Assembly (NCBI GenBank): GCA_026986785.1
Contig: JALSNW010000043.1
Location: 9,653-73,652, forward strand
Source: Deltaproteobacteria bacterium
GTDB lineage: Bacteria; Desulfobacterota; Dissulfuribacteria; Dissulfuribacterales; QOAL01
Length of the DNA stretch: 64,000 nucleotides
Direction of reading: 5' to 3'
How positions within the stretch are numbered: the stretch's first letter is position 1; each line of letters begins with the position of its first letter. The translations under genes and the position numbers were made by a program. This document shows, piece after piece, positions 58,033 to 64,000 of this stretch. Below the pieces are notes generated by a model. The model did no database searches. It worked only from the letters and a program-made list of their open reading frames with translations, and was not told where the DNA came from.

Positions 58033-58761
58033 GTGGCCTTCATACCTGACCAAAACGAGATATTGAACATACTTCAACATTCTCCTGTCTTTAGAGGAAT
58101 AGAACCTGACAGGCTCAAAAAAAAATTTGCACCTGCCATGGAGACAATAACCCTTGGGAGGCCGTCGGGAGAAAGTAGTTTTCTCATAGACGACTATTTC
58201 TATATAGTCTTGAGGGGAATGGTTCACGGCTTTGTCTCAGACGAGTATGGGGAGAGAAGGGTCAGTATCTTTGTCCTCAAGGAAGGAGACGGGTTCGATG
58301 TCCTGTCCCTCTTGGGTGAAAGGGATAGAAAACTTGTGTATTCCTGTCTTGGCAGAAAGGCAATATGTCTTCAGGTGCCTCTGCCCACTATGAGAAAGTG
58401 GATCCGGGAAGAACCACAGATGTCAAAGGCCCTGCTTCTATACCTTGCACATCTACTCGCAGAGCTTGAAGAATTGGTTTTTGACCTTTCCTTGTATGAT
58501 ACCAGTACCAGGCTGGTAAAGCTGTTACTAAGACATGCAAAAACCAACATACATGGCAATCATGGCCCCAGTATCCTATACCATCTCACCCATGAAGAAC
58601 TCGCAAGCCTCATTGGCTCTGTCCGGGTAGTTGTGAGCAGACAGGTACAAAAACTAAAAAAGATGAGTCTCATAGAGGTAGAGAAAGGAAAAATCATCAT
58701 AAGGGATCTAAAGCTCTTGATGGATCTGATCGAGAAGAGAAAAAAGGAAATAAAAAAGTAA
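58033..58761 (+). CDS. Crp/Fnr-family transcriptional regulator
   Basis: The N-terminal region resembles a cNMP-binding beta-roll. The C-terminal HTH reads THEELASLIGSVRVVVSRQVQKLKK. The start codon is GTG. Confidence 0.8.
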   Translation: MAFIPDQNEILNILQHSPVFRGIEPDRLKKKFAPAMETITLGRPSGESSFLIDDYFYIVLRGMVHGFVSDEYGERRVSIFVLKEGDGFDVLSLLGERDRKLVYSCLGRKAICLQVPLPTMRKWIREEPQMSKALLLYLAHLLAELEELVFDLSLYDTSTRLVKLLLRHAKTNIHGNHGPSILYHLTHEELASLIGSVRVVVSRQVQKLKKMSLIEVEKGKIIIRDLKLLMDLIEKRKKEIKK

Positions 58762-58934
58762 TTCAGTACTTTCTATTCAAATTGTAACTATGGTCACTTG
58801 ACCTTTGCCCTTGGCTAATTAATTTTCATCTTAAGATCGAAGGCAAACACTGAATTCTCGTAACAATACAATCTGGGGGTTTCCTTTTGACAGGGATTTT
58901 TTGATCTTTCAATCGATTATCCTGTGGGGTCAAA

Positions 58935-60029
58935 TTGAATTTTAGAGCAGAGAGGGCTGATCCTAAGACCTACAACTTTCCAGCCGTAAAGGAATTACAA
59001 CTCAATGCCTTGGTCAGGAACATACCTGTGGTATTGTTCAGCCTCGACAAGGATCTCAAGCTGAAGTGGGCCAATCCAGCATTTCAAAATATCCTTGGAT
59101 ATCCTCCTGACGAGGTCGCATCCCTAAAAAATCAGCTCCTCAACATTGTCATACCCCAGGACAGATCAAAATGCCTCTCTTGGTTGAAGGGGATAACCAC
59201 TAGCACAGAACCACTCAACGAGAAGAGACGTTTCAGGATAATCAGCAAGGATGGCTCTATCTTATATTGTTCCTTCAAGCCTTATCTCATCTCCATACAA
59301 GATCAAGCGCCCTATAGAAAATTATTCCACTTCATGATCATTGACGAGACCGACAGGGTATTGTTGGAACGATGTGCCTTGAGAGACCAAAGGCTGAAAA
59401 ACCTAGGTGCCATAGCTGCAGAGGTGGCTCATGAGATCAAAAACACCATAATATCCATAGGTGGTTTTGCCAAAAGGCTAAGAAAGGCCATGCCATCCAG
59501 TACCGAGGTCAGGATCATAGAAGAGGAATCCGACAGGTTGGAAAGACTTGTTAAATCCATAAACACATACGTCCGCCCAGGCCAAACCATCAATAGGACA
59601 ATGCCTGTGGGAAGGATACTGAAACAGAGCCTGGAGCTCATGGCCCCAGAATTCAAGAGCCATGGCGTAAGGCTCAAGCTGATGTTGGATAGCATGGCAG
59701 ACGACTTTGTCTGTGATAGAGACGCTCTTTCAGAGGTATTTGTAAATCTCATAAAGAATGCCATAGAGGCCCTTGACCCAGGAGGCTGTTTGATGATCAG
59801 CTCCTTTTCGGAAAAGGGTCATTTGTACATCGACTTTGAAAACCAGATGAAAAAGAAATCCATCGTCGATCCCTCCAGGCTTTTTCGTTCGATAGAAGAA
59901 GGGGGGACGAGCATTGGCCTCCCCCTGTCTTTCAGGATCATGAAAAACCTTGGGGGGAATCTTTCTTTCACCCAAAGGGGCAACCATGCGGTATTCAGGG
60001 TGGAACTGCCTGCAATACAACCACAATGA
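58935..60029 (+). CDS. PAS-domain sensor histidine kinase (cytoplasmic, with no adjacent response regulator)
   Basis: PAS-like N-terminus (IPVVLFSLDKDLKLKWANPAFQNILGY), H-box VAHEIKNTII, N-box VNLIKNAIEAL, and G-box GTSIGLPLSF. The start codon is TTG. Confidence 0.8.
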   Translation: MNFRAERADPKTYNFPAVKELQLNALVRNIPVVLFSLDKDLKLKWANPAFQNILGYPPDEVASLKNQLLNIVIPQDRSKCLSWLKGITTSTEPLNEKRRFRIISKDGSILYCSFKPYLISIQDQAPYRKLFHFMIIDETDRVLLERCALRDQRLKNLGAIAAEVAHEIKNTIISIGGFAKRLRKAMPSSTEVRIIEEESDRLERLVKSINTYVRPGQTINRTMPVGRILKQSLELMAPEFKSHGVRLKLMLDSMADDFVCDRDALSEVFVNLIKNAIEALDPGGCLMISSFSEKGHLYIDFENQMKKKSIVDPSRLFRSIEEGGTSIGLPLSFRIMKNLGGNLSFTQRGNHAVFRVELPAIQPQ

Positions 60030-60367
60030 CATGCAAGAGCCGAGAGTTTTTACTTAATCTGGGTTCATACAGCCCAATGGCATCCATTCACTGGAGACAT
60101 CTGCCAAATCAATAGTATCCAGAAAAATACTCCTTGACATCATTTATAGGCTCCCCTGAACCACAGTCATGTCTTTCGTGCCATTAACTTGCCAACATGC
60201 TTGGTGATTCATAGATGGGTGCCTCTGCTGATCAAGAGATTTTTTCTACTTGGTGATCAAGGAATTTTCCGCTATTCTTTTATCAATCATAGCCTATTTT
60301 AAGGATGGGGCGCCAAGGGAAATCCGCGGTCAACAAAACAAACAATTCAAATGTAAGGAGCATGCCA

Positions 60368-61078
60368 ATGAAAAACAGTAAGCTTTCCCCCAAGGCCTTT
60401 ACTTTCTTCTTTTCCTTCACCTTCTTTCTCTTCTGCCTGTCATATGCTGGTATATGTGACGAACGTGAAGAGCTATATGGTAGCTTGAACAAGAGTCTGA
60501 CCATTGATTTTGACCAATCTTCTCAACTGCCAGAGGGATTCAAGGTGGAAACAACTGGTTTCACCAGACACAATGCCATCTGGAAGGTCATTAAAGATGA
60601 CCAGGCCCCGTCCAAACCAAATGTGCTGAAGATCACCGAGATTCCATCCCCTTCCAGTTCACAATTCAATATCTGCTGGAGCGACAAGATCAGGTTCAGA
60701 GACGGGACAATTGAAGTCAAGGTACGGGCTGATAGTGGACATATAGACCAAGGTGGAGGCCCCATGTGGAGAGTAAAAGATCGGATGAATTACTATGTTG
60801 CCCGCCTCAACCCCTTGGAGGACAATTTCAGGATCTATTACGTGAAGGAAGGACGTAGGGTCATGATTGGTACATCAACGTTCAAGGGCATAAAAAAAGG
60901 ACAATGGTTTACTATCAAGATAACAGTCAAAAACGACCTGATCACTGGCTGGGTCAATGGGAATAAACTGATAGAGGTAAGGGATTTGACCCTTGGAGAT
61001 GAAGGAGGAGTAGGGCTTTGGAGCAAGTCGGATGCAGCCTCATCCTTTGACGACCTGTCAGTACACATGAAGGAGTAG
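60368..61078 (+). CDS. Secreted protein with a concanavalin-A-like / DUF1080-like lectin fold (hypothetical)
   Basis: Signal peptide MKNSKLSPKAFTFFFSFTFFLFCLSYAG. The C-terminal region (FRDGTIEVKVRA...GGGPMWRVKD..NYYVARLNPLEDNFRIYYV...WFTIKITVKNDLITGWVNGNKLIEV) resembles the DUF1080/LamG pattern. I chose the start 7 nt after AAGGAG; the track start is 60305. Confidence 0.5.
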   Translation: MKNSKLSPKAFTFFFSFTFFLFCLSYAGICDEREELYGSLNKSLTIDFDQSSQLPEGFKVETTGFTRHNAIWKVIKDDQAPSKPNVLKITEIPSPSSSQFNICWSDKIRFRDGTIEVKVRADSGHIDQGGGPMWRVKDRMNYYVARLNPLEDNFRIYYVKEGRRVMIGTSTFKGIKKGQWFTIKITVKNDLITGWVNGNKLIEVRDLTLGDEGGVGLWSKSDAASSFDDLSVHMKE

Positions 61079-61084
61079 AAGATC

Positions 61085-62125
61085 TTGAAAAGGACGAGTC
61101 TTGAAAAGATCGCCACATGTCTCTGTCTCATATTGTCTATAATCTTTCTTGGAGGATGTGACAGGGGCGATAAAAAGACAGCGGTCATAGTATATACCTC
61201 CGTGGATGATATCTTTGCCCGGCCTGTAGCTGCACGATTTGAAAAACTTACGGGCATAGCAGTCAAATTGGTGACAGACACCGAAGAGACCAAGAGCACA
61301 GGCTTGATGAACAGGCTCATAGCAGAAAAGGACAGGCCTGTGGCTGATGTCTTCTGGAGTGGTGATCCTGTGAGGGCAGCCATCTTGAAGATAAAAGGTG
61401 TGTCGACTCCGTATAAATCCCCCAACGCCCAAGGTCTACCCATGAAGTTTTCTGATCCAGACGGCTATTGGACCAGTTTCTCAACCCGTGCCAGGATGAT
61501 CATATACAACCGGGCCAAGATCCCTGAAGGGGATAAACCCCTGTCTATATTCGACCTGAATGCCGAACGTTTCAGGGGTAGAGCCTGCATTGCAAATCCA
61601 CTTTTTGGCACAACATCGATGCATGCAGCAGCCCTGTTCCAGGTGCTGGGCCAAGAAAAGGCGAAAAAATTCTTTGAAGATTTCTCCAGAAACGGAGGCA
61701 AGATCCTCTCCTCCAATGGAGACGTCAAGAACAGCGTGGCCAGGGGTGATTGTCTCCTTGGCCTTACAGACTCGGACGACGTCAATGTGGCCGTATCAGA
61801 GGGTAAACCAGTAGGGTTTGTATTACCGGACCAAAGTGGGATGGGTACCTTGCTCATACCCAATTGTGCCGTACTCATCAAGGGTGCGCCTCATCCGGAC
61901 CAGGCAAGAAAGTTCATTGACTTTCTATTGAGTCCAGAAACAGAAAAAATGTTGGCAAAAAGCAAGGCTGCCCAGATCCCCTTGAGGCCCAAAATCAAGG
62001 GACCAGAGGTCTTTCCAGGAATAGAAGAGATAAAAACCATGGATGTAAACTATCAAAGCCTGGCCTCTACACTTGAAAATCTCATGAAGGGTTTCCTCAA
62101 AAAATGGACTGATGAAAATTCATGA
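61085..62125 (+). CDS. ABC transporter periplasmic substrate-binding lipoprotein (Fe(III)/FbpA-AfuA-like)
   Basis: Lipobox FLGGC|D and type-II SBP layout (VIVYTSVDDIFARPV..FEKLTGIAVKLV...VFWSGDP). The start codon is TTG, preceded by GAAGGAG. Confidence 0.75.
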   Translation: MKRTSLEKIATCLCLILSIIFLGGCDRGDKKTAVIVYTSVDDIFARPVAARFEKLTGIAVKLVTDTEETKSTGLMNRLIAEKDRPVADVFWSGDPVRAAILKIKGVSTPYKSPNAQGLPMKFSDPDGYWTSFSTRARMIIYNRAKIPEGDKPLSIFDLNAERFRGRACIANPLFGTTSMHAAALFQVLGQEKAKKFFEDFSRNGGKILSSNGDVKNSVARGDCLLGLTDSDDVNVAVSEGKPVGFVLPDQSGMGTLLIPNCAVLIKGAPHPDQARKFIDFLLSPETEKMLAKSKAAQIPLRPKIKGPEVFPGIEEIKTMDVNYQSLASTLENLMKGFLKKWTDENS

Positions 62126-63666
62126 CCCTGTCTGTCCTTGTCCTTGAAAGGCCTGGCAGATGGCGTCTGACAGGCCTTTCTATCATAATTGCCATATCTA
62201 TCCTTCCTGCCTTGCCTCTATTTTTTGCCCTGTTTGAAGGCAATCCATTGGAGTTGTCCTCTGGGCTCAAGGGTTTCCTCCCCCTTCTGTCAAAAAGTCT
62301 GACAATAAGCTTCTCAGGTGCAGGTATTGCCCTGATACTCGGACTCGTTCAGGGGGTCTTCTACTCCCTTTACCAGTACAAAGGCAGGAGGCTATTTCTA
62401 TTTCTTTCCCTTATTCCATTGATGGTCCCGTCCCTTCTGTGGGCCGTGAGCTATCACAACCTGGCCTCCATAAGCAGTCTTTTTCAATTGTCCAAGACAA
62501 CCTCCTATGTCTTCATCACGGCCATGGTGACTTTTCCCCTGGTTGTCGCCTCCACTGTGTCCGCCTGCTCAAGCCTCAACTCGAGCCAATGTGAAGCCAT
62601 AAGGCTTGGCTCTGGAGAAGGTAGGCTATTCTGGCTGACTATACGGTTCTCCTTCCCTTCGGCTTCCATTGCTGCTTGCCTTGGGGCCTTCATCATGCTA
62701 TCAAGCCCTGGCCCTGCCATGGGACTTGGTGTAAAAACTGCCATATCAGAGGTACTCATCAGTTTCTCAGCCCTATATGATCCCAGGCTTGCAGCACTCC
62801 AGTGCTTGATGCTCTCTTCTATCACCCTGGTTCTTGCCCTTTTACTCCTCTCGCTCTCTGGGAAAAGACCCATTGAGCTTTTGGCCAGCTCCTCAAAAGG
62901 TATTTTCCCGTACCACGACAGCCAGATGTCCAGACTCGCCTTCTCCTTCAGTCTTATTATCGCATTTTTCCTTGTCATATTACCCTGTGCAGGCCTGATC
63001 CAACCCGCCCTTGCCAGGCCAGATATGACTTCATTGGCCCAGACAATCGCCAGGACAATGCCCTACACAATCCTTTACTCCATGGGCTCAGCCATTGTGG
63101 CCTTGGTCATCGGGCTTCTTATGGCCTTTTTCATGGGAAGGTTTCACAAAACCAGGCTTGTTGGCATGAGTGCCATACTGGTAATATTCTCTCTACCTGC
63201 CTCTCTCACTGCCCTGGGGTTTGTCTATATGGCAGCCAACGCACCGGAATGGATGGATTTCATCCTTAGGAGCCCATTTGCCGTTTGTCTTTCCCAGGGT
63301 CTTCGCCTGTTCCCCGTCCCTACACTTCTGGCAGCCAGGTTCTTTGCATCCTTACCATCTTCATGGTCTTATGCAGCAGAACTCCAGGAGGTATCACTGT
63401 TGAAATTCTCTTCCAGGATACTATTGCCTTTGGCATCGAGCACCATTTTGACAAGTTTTCTATTGGTATCTCTTCTGTCAGTGGCTGACATAGCAACTGT
63501 GCTGCTCATTCATCCACCAGGGGGGCAGAATCTCCCTCTGGCAATATTCACTATCATGGCCAATGCTCCACAGAGCCAGGTTTCACAACTCTGCTCCATC
63601 TATCTATTGTCTGCTATAATCTTTCTCCTGGTCATATCAACTCTTTGGAAAAAACAGAGATCATGA
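62122..63666 (+). CDS. ABC transporter permease with duplicated transmembrane domain (FbpB-like)
   Basis: 514 aa and about 12 TM segments in two similar halves. It overlaps both the SBP gene and the ATPase gene by 4 nt. Confidence 0.8.
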   Translation: MTLSVLVLERPGRWRLTGLSIIIAISILPALPLFFALFEGNPLELSSGLKGFLPLLSKSLTISFSGAGIALILGLVQGVFYSLYQYKGRRLFLFLSLIPLMVPSLLWAVSYHNLASISSLFQLSKTTSYVFITAMVTFPLVVASTVSACSSLNSSQCEAIRLGSGEGRLFWLTIRFSFPSASIAACLGAFIMLSSPGPAMGLGVKTAISEVLISFSALYDPRLAALQCLMLSSITLVLALLLLSLSGKRPIELLASSSKGIFPYHDSQMSRLAFSFSLIIAFFLVILPCAGLIQPALARPDMTSLAQTIARTMPYTILYSMGSAIVALVIGLLMAFFMGRFHKTRLVGMSAILVIFSLPASLTALGFVYMAANAPEWMDFILRSPFAVCLSQGLRLFPVPTLLAARFFASLPSSWSYAAELQEVSLLKFSSRILLPLASSTILTSFLLVSLLSVADIATVLLIHPPGGQNLPLAIFTIMANAPQSQVSQLCSIYLLSAIIFLLVISTLWKKQRS

Positions 63667-64000
63667 GAATACAGACAGGCTTCGTAATAAGAAAGATTGC
63701 CAAAGGCTTTGGGCAAACAACTGTATTATCTGATATCTCTTGCCATATCTATCCAGGGACCAGATGGGGGATACTTGGCCCGTCAGGAAGCGGAAAATCC
63801 ACTCTCTTAAGGCTCATTGCCGGCCTTGAGCCGCCCGATACAGGCGAGATATACCTTGACGGACGCCTCCTATCCAGGGGAAGACATATAATGATACCAG
63901 CGAGACAAAGACGTATCTCCATGGTCTTTCAAGATCTGGCCCTATGGCCCAATCTCACAGCCCTTGAAAATATCAGCCTCGGCCTTAGAAATAAAAAAGA
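63663..64000 (+). CDS. ABC transporter ATP-binding protein, partial; the C-terminus lies beyond the window edge
   Basis: My translation from the ATG at 63663 reads [68 protein letters not shown]. The Walker A motif is GPSGSGKST. It is not in the ORF track because it runs off the window edge. Confidence 0.85.
   Translation, partial: MRIQTGFVIRKIAKGFGQTTVLSDISCHIYPGTRWGILGPSGSGKSTLLRLIAGLEPPDTGEIYLDGRLLSRGRHIMIPARQRRISMVFQDLALWPNLTALENISLGLRNKK

Noticed and set aside
58880-58934. An FNR/CRP-type box near TTGATCTTTCAATCGA, upstream of the PAS kinase gene.
   Set aside because: The second half-site does not form the ATCAA palindrome of TTGAT-N4-ATCAA.
1-64000. Window-wide scan for CRISPR arrays, tRNA/rRNA genes, IS elements with inverted repeats, and retron or DGR-type elements.
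   Set aside because: I saw no regularly spaced direct repeats, no tRNA T-loop or cloverleaf candidates in intergenic regions, and no transposase or reverse-transcriptase-like ORFs. Intergenic space is minimal apart from 35817-36526.

Overview
This is a densely coding 64-kb bacterial window with about 57 CDS. I could find no rRNA, tRNA, CRISPR array, IS element or prophage. The gene content points to a Gram-negative, flagellated organism whose layout resembles Desulfobacterota or Nitrospirota genomes, but the taxon cannot be proven from the sequence alone.

Main blocks:
- 1-8.6 kb: a partial thymidine-phosphorylase-family gene, then a PurS-PurS-PurL fusion chained to small or uncharacterised genes, ending in xerD.
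- 8.7-12 kb: a SWIM/SNF2 helicase.
- 12-17 kb: a DUF362 gene plus a split arnA (formyltransferase and decarboxylase) and an ArnT-like glycosyltransferase.
- 17-29.5 kb: a flagellar export and regulation operon, fliLMNOPQR-flhBAFG-fliA-cheY. A perfect sigma-54 promoter precedes it. It ends with an unusual acidic-tailed FliL paralog and a polybasic mini-protein.
- 29.5-35.8 kb, minus strand: a TonB-dependent receptor, a YfiR-like DUF4154 protein and a hybrid histidine kinase, followed by a DUF72 gene.
- 36.5-43.3 kb: nitroreductase, a lipoprotein and coaBC, then fliC-fliD-fliS-(fliT-like)-flaG. fliC has a sigma-28-type promoter and a CsrA-style leader.
- 43.3-50.2 kb, minus strand: argS-SPOR-GNAT-secA-argJ.
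- 50.4-54 kb: a PilZ protein convergent with a giant Hsp70-like gene and a DUF3592-like membrane protein.
- 54.2-64 kb: recA-alaS, a Crp/Fnr regulator, a PAS histidine kinase, a secreted lectin-fold protein and an Fe(III)-type ABC importer.

The best candidates for under-described systems are the TBDR/YfiR-like/CHASE8-like hybrid kinase operon, the Hsp70-like/DUF3592 pair, and the acidic FliL paralog with its polybasic partner. All family assignments come from motif recognition by eye and need HMM or BLAST confirmation.
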